DNA of 60,000 nt from Amphiscolops sp. MND2022 (lineage: Eukaryota). Both the position numbers and the translations under genes were made by a program. Each line of letters opens with the position of its first letter. Position 1 is the first letter of the stretch. The notes under the pieces were generated by a model. It was not told where the DNA came from. It was given only the letters and a program-made list of their open reading frames with translations, and did not search any database. Shown one piece after another: positions 33,720 through 46,800 of the stretch. The DNA lies in contig OZ076409.1 of the NCBI GenBank assembly GCA_964187785.1, forward strand, positions 54,190,001-54,250,000. Direction: 5' to 3'.

Positions 33720-35040
33720 GTTTCAGATTTTTCGAAATAAAGCGAAAAAAATGCCTATTATCAGCAATAAAAACATGTAACTTTTGATATCAAATTCTTA
33801 AATTGAAATCGACTGAGTTCCTTCAAGTTGCTGGGTAGCAAGCTGGCTTCTGTTGGATTTCCGTTGGACAGTTGTTCTACAGTTTGCAGTTGCCAAGAGA
33901 CTTTCTGTGCCATCTGGTACAATACGCGTTTTGAGAAGGCATATCAATAGTATTTTTAATTCACCATTTTGCCCTAGTTGTCGAAAAAGTTCTTTTACGT
34001 TCTTTACAATGAAGAGTTCCAAAACAGTTTGGATTTTGTTGCGTTGTAAAATCTGAAAGTCATTTTTTTCTTGAAAAAGGTTGCTCGAATAATTCTCCGC
34101 TGAGCAGATTCGATTTTTTTCAGAATCAATTTAGATGCTGATCCATAAATCAGCAGACCGTAACATAATACAGACTTTGCAAATGAGTTATGAAACATCA
34201 ATAAACACTTCTGCGTGTACATGTGTCGTGTTCTATAAATAAGACTACAAAATTTATTGAGTTTCCTCACTACATTCTCGATATCTTCACTGAATCTTAG
34301 GTATCTGTCAACATAAACACCTAGATACTTGCATGCGCTTTGTCCAATTTACGGAGTTTACCAGGGTGTCCCCTTCCAAAAGATATTATTTCACATTTTT
34401 CTTTTCTAATACTCACCTCATTCGCACAAAACCATTCAGAGAATCGAATTCTGGTTGAATTGAGCAACAGCCTTTACGGTTGGCTTTGATGATTGTAGTG
34501 TCATCAGCAAAGATGGCCAATTTGCAATCACTCTCTCCTAAGTTGATGTCATTTATGAAAGCAAAAAAGAAAAGGTCCTAAGATTGAACCCTGGGGTACA
34601 CCAGTTTCAATGTTCAGGCATGGCGTATTCGTTCCATTGAATGAGATGTAGTTTCCTATCTGAGAGAAAACTACAATTAATATCATAGATCTTCCCACTA
34701 AAGCCGTAGCTGTCAAGCTTGGACATCAGTATTTTTGATCTAAGGTATCGAAAGCTTTTTGTAAATCGATGAAACATCCTTTCCTTGTGCTTTTTTGTCA
34801 ATCTCAGAACGCATATACTCTGTTACTGCTGCTATTACGTCAACACAAGACACTTTATTTGTGAAACCACATTGTGCGGGGCGTAACAAACTGAATTTAA
34901 TTTTGAAAGCAACATTCGTTTGTGTGTAATCTTTTCAGGAACTTTACTTTAGGAGCTCAAGAGGCTAATCGGCCGATAATTTGCCGGGTCATCTTTGTTA
35001 CCTTTCTTGTAAAGTGGAATCACTTTAGCGCACTTGATAG
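33720..35040 (-). mobile_element. Degenerate non-LTR (CR1/L2-group) RT fragment
   Basis: VIPLYKKG, NYRPISLL, GVPQGSILGP, FADDTT, YLGVYVD, YGLLIYGS...QRRIIR, with many disruptions. Confidence 0.88.
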
Positions 35041-36027
35041 GAATTTTGCGGATCTTTCAACTTAGAAATCTGTTCAACAAAACATAAATTTTGTTTTCTA
35101 TTTGCATAAGTTTGACCATGGTATTTTTTTCGCTTTTTTCATTATTAAACTCAAGAATGCTTTTTGTAAAAGCGTATGAAATAACTATTTGAATCATCGT
35201 TGACTCGGTAGATAATTTAGTTTCTTGAAAATTTTCGCCTTCATTGGGTAAACTAGTTGTAAACTAGAGATGCTATTCGTGAAAGCAATAAGGATAACCA
35301 TGTTTCGTCGTTGAAGTCGGAACGCTCAAAAACTATACAAACATGCGTAATATTGGACTTTATGGTTTCATTTTGAGACGGAAAAAGTAAAAATTCAACT
35401 ATCCCTTAAAATACATGTTTCGATCTATGTTTCTACCCATATTTAGGGTAGTTGAGTTCTGAACACTAAGCTTAGGAGATAAGTGAAAGGGAGCAATGTG
35501 AAATTACTTGTCCAGCCGCTGGTTTTGACCGAAGTCGAGCTAAAGGAGCTGGAAGCGCCCCAGGAGCAAGTCACAAAATCATTACTGCTTTTCTTCAACC
35601 TAGATTTCACATAGAGAAAATGGAGCGTGAAGTTTCATCTTTTGAGTTTTTCAAGTACAACTGATTGTGACTCATTGCCGACATCAGTTAGAATTAAATT
35701 GAAGTTAACTAACAAACTTCAACATTTTCATGAATTATTTATATTCCGTCTTGCTATCAATGTTATTTTTCTTAGAATCGTTTTAAATCGAGAACACATA
35801 GTTTCGTTTTTCCCCACTGTTTTTCTACAAGTCTTACAGCACTGGCGCCTCTTAGTCTTTACGGAAAAAGTTTTCGCCCGTATGAGAGCCTCTACAACTT
35901 TGGAGAATAAATTTCAGAGTTATTTTTAATTTCCATTTTTGCTTCCTAGGACAACGTGTATCCTCTGATTAAGAGACTTCTCTTGCTCATATCCTTAAAT
36001 TTTTTTCCTAAGGATGAAAAGATTCCT

Positions 36028-36568
36028 AAACGAGAGCCGCATGTGCGGTAAAGGAGTCGGAAACAGATTAAAATATTGAAAAATATTACCTACATTATTG
36101 TCATTTGGTCATTTTTGGCTTTTTTCTCAGATCCCAGTCATACAATTTTGATGTCATTGTACACCTAGGACCCTAATATGGTGTAGAATGATTGTGAAAA
36201 ATTTCGTTCCAATCGTATGGAGTTTGAGAAAATTGAAAAAGTCCAAAAATGGCTGTTTTTAGGCTAACTTAGGCTATGTTTCTCAGACCCAGTCATACAA
36301 TTTTGATGCCAATGCCAACGCAGGAGAACTTTTGGGTGTAGAACGACTGTGTACAATTTTATAAAAATAGTATGGAGAGTTTTGAAATTTTCATTGAACG
36401 GTCGATTGCATATTTGCAATCGACCGTTCAATGAAAATTTCAAAACTCTCCATACTACTTTTATAAAATTGTAATTAGTCTTTGTAATTAGTCTTTTTTA
36501 TAAAATTGTAATTGTAATTATAAAATTGTAATTATAATTAGTCGAAAACTTTTTCCGACTCCTAAAAA
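36028..36568 (-). mobile_element. HINE-like element, family 2, with internal tandem repeats and a foldback
   Basis: Hairpin CCGCA-TG-TGCGG plus subTIR AGGAGTCGGAA; other end TAGTCGAAA...TTCCGACTCCTAAAAA; internal repeat cccagtcatacaattttgatg twice. Confidence 0.6.
36352..36473. repeat. Near-perfect palindrome, ~59-bp arms
   Basis: ...cggtcgattgca-tatt-tgcaatcgaccg... with arms extending to tacaattttataaaa. Confidence 0.92.
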
Positions 36569-39408
36569 CCCACTCAAAGCCTTGATTTTTCTCTATTTCT
36601 ACTTTTGTTACTTTCAGCTTTTTTATGAATAAGGACCGCGCGTACTGAAACCGGGATTTGGTGGAGAGAGGTGGGATTTTTTGCCCTTAGTACATGGAGG
36701 GCGTGTCCGTGAAAAGAGTTTAGGTGTCAGTACGCTGCAAGCCTTGATTGAGAGTATCTTTTAGTTAGTATGAATGAAACATTCTTGAACTTGAAAGCTG
36801 CATTCATGCTAGTTAGTGTACTTCTTGTTTCTATATACTTAAACTACTGTGGAACAGGAAAATCCTCAAGTATACAATTTTTGAGGGGAGGGTGAAGATT
36901 GCCTGAGTTAATCCTCCATTTTAACACTTCTTGTAGTTGTAGTAGTAATTCTCATGAATGATTCCGCTTCTAGTATCTACAACCCATCCTTATCGAAAAT
37001 GGCTTGGTTTGCTTGCATTCAAACTTCCAAAGTAGTCGTAAAAAACGCAAAGAGCACTTCTCTTGAGCAAAACCTGTGCGATTGAGCACAGTCATTCTGG
37101 GTTCGAACACTCTGAATACGTTTGAGCGCACAAACGCTTTTATGTACTTCTTCAACCAATCTATAGAATAACTTTATTGATGAATTTTATTACAACTTCG
37201 GGCTAATATAAATGATAAAAATACATGTTTTCAACACAATTCAATTAAAACAAAAGCCGTAGTATTCGATGACGACAGGAGTTGTTATCAAATTCCAAGC
37301 AAGAGTTACTTTTCTCTACAACAAACAAACAACAAAAGCACAAGGGGTCACAAAGGTCCGTCTTCAGGTTAGAAACTGTGCAAAGCTGGTTCGGTGTCAA
37401 AGAGATTCGATCCTCCAACACTCGCACGGGTCACCCTCTGATTTGCATCCACAGTAAGAGGCGACTTCTGAAACGCATGCAAAGATGCAAACGGATTATA
37501 CTGAAACATCCGAATACCTACCGTTACATACACGAAATTTTGAATGGTAATACTTAAAATACCGAGCACCGGAAACGTTTATACACGTCAAATCACTGGA
37601 CTAAATTTTGAATTAATGACAAAAGCTCAGCAAGAATATTGCAGAAATGGCAAACTAATTTTCATGTGATGTTTAATATTTTCCAACAAACTGGGGCTGA
37701 GTTAATAGCATTTTAAATTCATTCCATTATGAATACCCCCTCTACTTTAAGACTCTCATTGAGCTGAAAAATTTCCCAGAACCCGTAGTACTACAATTTA
37801 TTATACTTATTCAGTTTTATCGAATCAATATTCCGAACATACAATAGGATTAAACATACATGTAGTTATTGAATTTGCTGTGCGTAAACTTTGCTAGCCT
37901 ACTGTAGAATAATTTAAAACAATTCTGTGTTCAACGTAGAGGGGAACTTCGTCAAACTTGTCTCATCAATCTACTGAGACATTTACTGAGGACATTTTAT
38001 CGGTTTGACTGTATTCGACAGAGACCTACCAGATAATCTGAAGAGTCACAAACAGAATTTTTCAGACGTTTCACTTACCGTAGACTTGTATTTACATTGA
38101 ACGGTGTAGGAAGTGCTAAAAGCAGGCTTGTTTGAATTATGTTGTAAAAATGTGAAGCATTCAGAATAGAACCAAATTGGACTGTCAATAATCCAATCGC
38201 TTCATTGTAAAAAAATCATTCAGAACAAAACTCGTCACTTCTTGAGATGAGAAAACGTAATCAATCGCGATTAATACTATGTGATTCTAGATTTTCATGA
38301 TATCAAGCCCATCACTATTTGAAAGATTTTTGAATGCGCTGTGAAATGCCCCCTGCGAGGCACAGTATTATTTCTGCTTTAGGCTTTCATTTTCAATAAT
38401 AGAAGCATATCTGGAATATATACTCCTGTTAAAACATTATATAGGGCACAATTAATCACTGTACCAGTGTACACCGTCTTGAATTCTTCTCGGACTAAAG
38501 AAAACATAACTACTAAGCTTATACGAAGTTTCACATTCGCATTTGAATGCAGGCGAAGCTCTCGGCGAACGAATAATTATTCGCTTCATCGCATGAGAAT
38601 TGAATAAAATAACTGTCAGCAGCTTGAGAAATTTAAATCTCACACTTATAGTAACTTCCGAACAAAACATCGGAATCTTTTTCAGTAGGTACTCGGATCG
38701 GTTAACGAACATACTCGGCTGAAAAAACTCCTCCTCACAGTTTCTATATTATTGCTGCCGTCGCAGAAATAATAAAGAATTCACAACTTTTCATGCCCTG
38801 CATTGTCCAAAATGTAATTACAGACGTTTTCGCAAAACCAGTGTAAAAGGTATGCTATGATGTTGAAATCGAGCAACATCGGCCGCTGAAAAGCGGGTCT
38901 CTTGATTTTCAGAAAACTGCAACTGAGGATGAAGGATGAAGCAAGTCGATATCCAAGCAAATAGCTCCTGGAAAAAAGCTTTCTTCAGTTAGATTTTTTT
39001 CGTTGTAAAAATTTCAAATGTTAAGACAGAACATGTCCACTTCTGAAGCATACCTCCCACGATCTGTCCCAGAAAAAAGCTTGAGGCTAGAAGCATTTAG
39101 CAGGAGAATACAATTTTCAATTGGTTGTTTGCTGTCTCGAAAGGAGCAGGGCCAACTGCATATCGAGTGAAAAAACTCTAATTGGCGAAAGTTAGAGTAC
39201 ATAGAGACGAAACGTACGCAGAGACGCTTGCAGCTTAAACCCCAAGTGAACTTCGCGCTCTTACGTAGCTCAATATCCGTACTCTAGATCTTCTAGAACC
39301 AACAAAACGCGATTGTGTCATCAGTGAAGAAGTAACTTTAGGCTTGCTGATCAAGAATGAATACTTTGAATCATCGCTCTATATTAGCATGAAGTATCAT
39401 TATGATGA

Positions 39409-40525
39409 AACAAGACGGGAACGTCTTAAGTCGGCGCTATATCTAAGGCTCAAAAAACGCTAAGTTTTTAAAATTGTAAAAGGGGGACCCTTTCGGCTTT
39501 CTGAAAATACAGTTTGTTGCAAAATATCAAAAAATTGAAGGGGGGAGGGAACCTTTGGAGACTTTAAAAATTTTTAGAAAAAAGTCGCACAGTGACGAAA
39601 AAAAACAAAGGGGGGACCCTATAGTCTCGTCCGGTTTTGTATTGTACGTTGAAAAAGGAGTAAATGAAAGGGAGGAACTTTTGCACTATTTTAGATGCGT
39701 TTCCTTTTGCCAGTCCAGTAGTTTTAGTAGTTGAAGAAGAATACTTTTATTTGATATAAATCAAATAAAAACGAAAAGCTTTGATAGCCTTCTGATAATA
39801 CAGTAATAACAACGTTTTAGTCTCGAAACAGGAAATCAATCCATAGTTCTTAACAAAAATGCAATGGATAGTTACAACGCTCAGTAAATTAGTTGAGGCA
39901 AATTCGGATTGCCTTTTATAAAGTTAGCAATAATCTTCTTAGTAAAGCTCCTTTTTTGTAATGTCCAAGTTTGGAAATCAGCTGGAATGGCTCCCACATT
40001 TTTGAGACTGTTATACAATTTAAAAGATCTCTGTGGTACTGAACATTTTAAGACTTTTTTAATTCTGCCAGGTGCAATTTTTGGGATATCATATTTTTTT
40101 TCATCAATCTAGTTATTGGTCTTTCTCCGTCATATTGTTCGATATTATTTAATTCAGTGTAGTTGTCAATTGAATATTTTAGCAATTCGCTCGCATACAG
40201 CTCGAAAACAGTCATAATATCACTTCTTCCAAAAAGTTCCGTTGAAACTGTAAAACCTATCTTTGTTAAAAATTACTCGCAGAATCCTTTTCTGCAACAC
40301 GAATATTTTTTCTAAATTATATTTGTGTGTCGAACCATAAACCAGTAGTCCGTATTGAATTACTGGTTTTATGTAGTAGTTGTAAAATTTTAATATATGA
40401 GCTGTACACAGAGTTCTGTACAAAGTGTCCACTACGTATACATTCTGTTATCTGACGAAAAAAAAAAAGAAAAAACTTTCCACTGTAATAGTCGGGCTCA
40501 TTTTGTTAAAATGCGCCGACTAAAA
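39409..40525 (-). mobile_element. HINE-like family 1 copy interrupted by a LINE fragment
   Basis: AACAAGACGGGAACGTCT (hairpin GACG-GGAA-CGTC) plus AGTCGGCGC; end GCGCCGACTAAAA. Confidence 0.75.
39733..40411 (-). mobile_element. 5'-truncated LINE 3' fragment
   Basis: ILKFYNYYIKPVIQYGLLVYGST...QKRILRVIF; flanked by AGTT on both sides; absent from the copy at 24887. Confidence 0.8.
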
Positions 40526-40810
40526 AGGAAATCTATGAAGACGACCGAAAGTCGTCACCGTATATGGAAATCTTGATAATTGATTTACCAAATTGGCGAT
40601 AATCAGTTTCAGTATGATAGGATTTTCCAACTGCAGTAAATACTCCTAAAGATCTCTATTGGTAAGTTCAATAACAGTATAATCAACTCTGCATTTTTGC
40701 GGGTATAGCGAATCGGATTATGTCAAAAAGCCATGTTGCTGCATCGTTCCTGATGCTTATCAAGTGTAGTGTTAAACATTACTAACCGAATACTTATCAA
40801 CTTTTGCATA

Positions 40811-43800
40811 TTAAACATTCTCCGGAATTTCATGAGAAACATTATACATGAAAGTTCTACGAACCAAATTATGAATGACATGATGAGTGTTGACAGAGAG
40901 AGGGATAGAATTGGGCCGAGGAGACACACAGAGATGAGGAGGTACAGAAATGGAAGATGATAGATTAGAAGACATATTAGATTTAGAGAGAATCGAATTG
41001 ATAGAAGAGATAGAAGTTGGAGAAATGTCATCAATATAGATTAGAGATCCAGGCGTCTTGGAAGCATTGCGACTTCGAAAATGAAAATGATGAGCACCTC
41101 CTGAGACACCTGCACTGTTGTTTTCGATGTCTGCATCGCCACCGCCATTTATTGGAACGCCAATTGCAGTTCCCGAGAATGATGCACTGTTACTGAGAGA
41201 AGTTCCACCAATCACAACTTTGCGCATATTTACACTGTCCCTAACCGGCCTCTTGAACGTGACTGCTGAATTCACGGTTGCTTTGCTGTTTGGAGAAAAC
41301 AAGTCGACTCTATGATTGCATGACTGTTTAAGCTCCGACTTCGGGGAGGGATGTGAAGGAAGACTGCTGGTTCTTTTCCTGACTCGATCATATCTACTCC
41401 CCAACACTTCCAAAGGTTGGTCTAATTCTTCAACAGAATCACTGCTGTCAGAGGATATGTAAATAGGTTCCTCGTACTTTGGTTTTTTGCTTGGCGTTGC
41501 GCCACGCTTTCTGAGACGGTTATTAGACCGAGTATCATCGGGTTTCTCGTTTTCCTTACTGCTAATGTTTTCCACCTTAGTCTCATTCAATGGATTTTCA
41601 ATTACTCCCGGTGTAACTTTCGGTACTGGTTCCTTTTTGTCGTGCACAATATCTTTGGTTACTTCTTCAGTTGCATTCCCACTAGTAGGACTTCTTCCGC
41701 CAGGATGATTTTCGTTTGTGGCTGGACGACCTTTCTTGGTTTCAACTTTTTTCTTTGTGTTCGTTTGTTTATTATTCGTTCGTTTTTTACCCCGAGTTCC
41801 TTTGGTTAACTGTACATTCACATTTTCCAGGCTACGCATTTCTTCATCAATACGCGAGGTTTTCACTTCAGTTTTCTCAGATGATTCCTCCACCTGCATT
41901 TGCTGATCATCTTCAGGAGTCGGCTCCTCGTCGGAAGAGAAATCAATTTCGCCCAAAATTTCCTTCGTGCCTCGCTTTTCGTAACAAATTTCAATACACT
42001 CTGCCTCTTTCGTGGATTTCGCCTTTCGCTTCGAAGAAAGATGCATTTTACGACGAGTTGAACTTTTCACAGACGACGTATCACAATGAGAATCTGTGTC
42101 ACTTCCCAATTTCGAACTACTTTTTTCTAAAACAAAGTTTCACGAGTCAGATTTGCCAAAACTTTATGGCTTGCCAAAACAATTGCCTGGTAGCCAAAAG
42201 GATTGATTGCTATCTAAAAGGTTGTTGGCTCAAAACGAGGCTTTTCAAAAACATTTTTATTTCAAAATATTGCTGTTTGAACAGTAAAGTTTCAGAGAAT
42301 TTCGAAACCACAGTCAATAAAATTGTTCCGAGAATTTCAGGATGCTTTTTGAATGTAGCAGACTTCGGGCAATAATCCGCGGCTGGGCGACACAGCTTGA
42401 TAGCTTCGGAAAAAAACCAAGTGATAAATCTCATGGTGGAATACCCTTCATTTAATGGCTTCTACACGCCCGCTACTCGCCAATGTTCACATGGAGCAAA
42501 AATACGACGAGATTTTTTGCATCAAGTGAGGAAACGATCAGATTACGATAGAAATCATAATACTTAAGATGAATTTCAATTCAAAACCGTGATGCTCAAT
42601 GGGCCAGTGAAGACGACTCTCTTTTGGTCTTGTTAAATTCTGTCTTGTCATCCAAATTGCTGCACACTATCTCAACATTCATTTATAAAATTGCCCTCTT
42701 GAACACTGGGCCATCATTACCGTTACAGATCGCCACAGTTTCGCTTCGCATGGTTATTTTTTTCATAAGAGGAATACTAAAATTCTGCTCTCCGAGATGA
42801 CAAAAATCTGAGAATTGTCAATTTTTCGTTTATTGCAAATTTCCGATACTGCAAAGATGAAAAAAAATTGTAATCTAAATTGTAAATGTATAATTCTATG
42901 ATTTTTCAGATTATGTAAGTTGCTGAAGATGGAAAATTTTCCGAAATGCATTCAATTGAACATCTGATCTTAGTTTTTTCCATAGAAATCATATCCCATG
43001 GTTTGAGGCAGGAATGCTTTGAAAAAGTTCGCTTGATTCAACCTATATCCCACGAGCTCCGATTACGCTTCGTTTCGATTACACTTGGTTCGTCAGTTGA
43101 AACTTCGGAGAAAAATCTTTGACTTCAAATAGAACTGGCATTCATAGTTACTTTCGAACGAATTTTCTAGCAAAAACGGAGCAACTGTCAAAAATTGGTT
43201 CCATCTAAATCAATTTTAAATTCGAATATCACATTCGAATAAAACCAACATCAAAAAATCTACTAGAACTACAGATTAAAACGAACCTAAGGTAAGTAAT
43301 ATTTACGCGGTTTTTCGACTGAGATAACTCAAAAGACGCTAAACTGTGTAGAAGCTTTTGATTAGGCTGCATTTAAGAATTCAGTGAAACAATTTGAGAG
43401 AAACTATTTCTAAATCGTCGAAATATGATATTTTGTGCTAATTTTCGATCAAGTAAATAAAAATCCTCAAAAATCAGATGAAACTAATCTAAAGGTTGCT
43501 ATCTTGTAATTTGGAACTCTACTAAAGAACATGAGTGGAAAACTTGAGGAAAATGCGAGCAAGCAAAAAGCTACTCGACACACACTTCTGCATTTATTGC
43601 CACTTTTGGACCACCATTTCTCAACAATAAAAGCATAAATCAAGCAAAGAAGCATAATAAAACGCGAAAATCAGGTACAATCAAATGACCCTGATGATAA
43701 TTTTCTTTGGAAAAATTTTGGTTTAAAATCAGAAAATTGAAAGAAAAATTGTGAATAACTTTTTTCCAATAGGAGGAAATTTTAGGCATTCTGATATACA

Positions 43801-46800
43801 AGGAAAAATGACAAAAAACTGGGCGATCTCTAACACTCGGAAAAAAATCAACACCCATGAATTTCAGTTCACATATAACTTCATTCGATGCCTTATTCAA
43901 CACAGAGAAGCCGTGCTTCGCAAACACTTGCGAAGCTGCGAACTTCTGAAGAGAAAACCAAATACTCAATATCATAGGGAGAACCAATGGTTAAGGAGTC
44001 GGACAATTTTTCTACTGATTGATCAATTTAAAACAAGACAGGAACGTCTAAAGTTGGCGCTATATCTAATGCTCAAAAAGCGCGAAGTTTTTAAAATATA
44101 CCCAAAACGTTTTTTTTGAAAAACTCAGAAAACAGATTCGCAACACCCAAAAAGTGCCTTTCGTGGACGGAAAACGCAACAGAAGTTCAGATGTAGCAAG
44201 CTGAGACAAATCCGAGCGTTTTTCTCGATACTACGCCTCCTCCTCAGTAAAACACAAATTATTGCGAATATAACGTCAAAAATTGAAAAAAAATATTGAT
44301 GGATATTATTGAGAATTATACAAAACAAGCCGGGATATACAAAACAATTATTATACAAACAAGCCGGGAACGGCATAAGTCAGCCCCATGCCTAAGTCTC
44401 AAAAATAGCACAAAGACTTCAAGGTGTCAAGTATTCTTTTCTACAGTACCCGAAAACCCCAAAAGTTGGACCGAACAGGCGCGCCCTTTGGAATTTTTAT
44501 CATTCATCCTGTTGCAAAATATGAAAAAATTGAAGGGGGACCCTTTGGAAACATTTTTTTTACACAGAGGCGAAGCCGTGCTTCGCAAACACTTGCGAAG
44601 AAAGTTGCGAACTTTTGAAGAAACCCAAATAAGCAATATCATACGGAGAGCCAAGGGTAAAAGGACATTATTGTTAAAATTTCGTCCATTTTACAGCGTC
44701 AAAAAATCCCGAAGGGATACCCATAAATCTCGAAAACAATTCTTCTCCAACTGGAAACAACAGAAAACCCATCTTTCTCAACCGTAAACCTTTAAAAAAA
44801 CAGAAAATTGAGGAAAAAAATTTTCGAAATTTTTCGCAATTTTTTTTGATGAAGGTCTCCGGCAAGTCGCATAGTGCTGAAAACCTTAGCAGTGCTTTAT
44901 GCTCGCAAAACGTTTCGTTTCTAGTAAAAATTGAGGGGGCTTCGATGAAAACAAATTAGAAAAAAAGTCGCATAGAAAAAACAGCGGTCTTAAAAAAACA
45001 AATCGGATATAGCGTGCTGGGCCTGAGAAAACCTAATTTTAAGACAAAAATTATTCGATTTGAAAAATCTCACAATGCCGAAAACTGTAAAAGGGGGGCA
45101 CTTTGAGAATTTTTTAACATCCATTCTATTGCAAAATTTCAAAAAACTGAAGCGAGACTTAAAAAATTTTGCAAAAAAAAAAACAAAAAATGAGAATTTT
45201 CAACAGTCTGATAGTGCCAAAAATCTGAAAGAAGGGACCCTTTGGGATTTTTTAACATTCGTTCCGTTGCAAAATACCAAAAAAAAATGAAGGGAGGAAT
45301 CTTTGGTGACATGAAAAAAAATTGCGAAAAAAAAGTCACAACGCCGAAATAACATGCACAAAAAATTTTGGTCAAGGGCGAGACTCGAACCCACGTCCTT
45401 CTGCTTGGCAGACCTCAAATAGTCCTAATTAACCTCTATGCCAAGTGCCAGAAGTTGCGACAAGTGCTGGAAGTTGCCAGAAGTTGCCACGGCCACAAAT
45501 TCAGACTATGCGACTTGCGGTCTGAAACGAGAGTTGTCGCGCGGAAAAAAAGCATCCGCACTTTCCCATAACACTTGCTTATCGCAAGTGTAAAAAAAGG
45601 GCTTAAAATGCTGAAAGGGGGACTCTTTAGTCTCGCCACGTATTGTACGTTATGCTGAAAAAAGGAACTACTTTTATAGTTCAGTTCCCTGGGCCAAATC
45701 GAAAAAGAGGGGACTCTTCGGGATTTTTACTGTCCATCCTGTTGCAAAATATCCAAAAATTAAAGGGGACCCTTTGGAGACATTAAAATATCTCAAAAAA
45801 GTGACAAAGCCGAAAAAAGGGGAAAGTCTCATAGTACCAAAAAAGTTGAAAGGGGTTCCTTCTGCTTTGGAATGGTTTTGTATTTCATGTTAGAGACATT
45901 GGATGCGTTCAAAATCAAGTACTAAGTACTCATGGTAAAAGTGCACAAAAAGTGGACCAGAGTGAGGCTGACAAAACGAGTCACTGTAATAGTCGGGCTT
46001 TTTTCCTTGAACGACTAAAAACAGCACAAAAACCACAATTCGGGTCCCGAAATACGAATTGCTTCTTGTCATCAAAGCTGCTTTCCAGATCAAAAGTAAT
46101 TTAGAAAATAGGCCGCATACTCAAGTGAAAACACTCATAAAACGCATTCGGTTATCATTCACTAGAAGCCGCAACTAATATAGACTGCTTGGAAGCACCA
46201 CAGATTTTTTTTTTAAAATGAGCGCATACGCACCGGGTCGAACACGAAATCTCTAGGTTGACAAGCAAGGGTCGTACCACTAGACCATGAACGCCTGAAA
46301 CGAGTTGTCGCGCGGAGAAAAAAGCACCCACACTTTCCCATAACACTTGCTTATCGCAAGTGTAATAAACTAATTTGTGTTTCCCCATGAATAATCCCTA
46401 CCGCTTTTTGTGATACTTTTGGCTGTAAAGCTTATTTTCTCTTAGAATGATACTCATGCTTATTCTTTTGAATCAAATGCCACTGCTTGCGAAAAACGTA
46501 ATTACGAAAAGTTATACAAGAGTCAATTTGATTAATTTTGATGCATCGAGTTTTTCAGTACTTTTGGGGGCAAAATTTATACCAGATTTATTGCCTAGTG
46601 AAAAGGAATTTGGTAGTATTTTTTCTATTTCTATCCGGTAACAACGTAGATCCATCACGAGTTAAAGAATCCTGGAAAAAACTTACTGATAGCAACTCCA
46701 TTCTCGTCGCATTGAGGAATTTTCACAGAGTGAACAAGCTGAGTGAGTGATAAGAACTGCCATGGGAACATACGACCCACTTCTGAACCACTGCCCATGC

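Noticed and set aside
35500..39350. Possible scattered exons of a minus-strand gene
   Set aside because: Some splice-like signals are present, but I could not assemble a consistent frame or recognise a domain.
41716..42375. 219-aa plus-strand ORF
   Set aside because: Antisense shadow of the purine-rich last exon of the PHD gene; non-ATG start.
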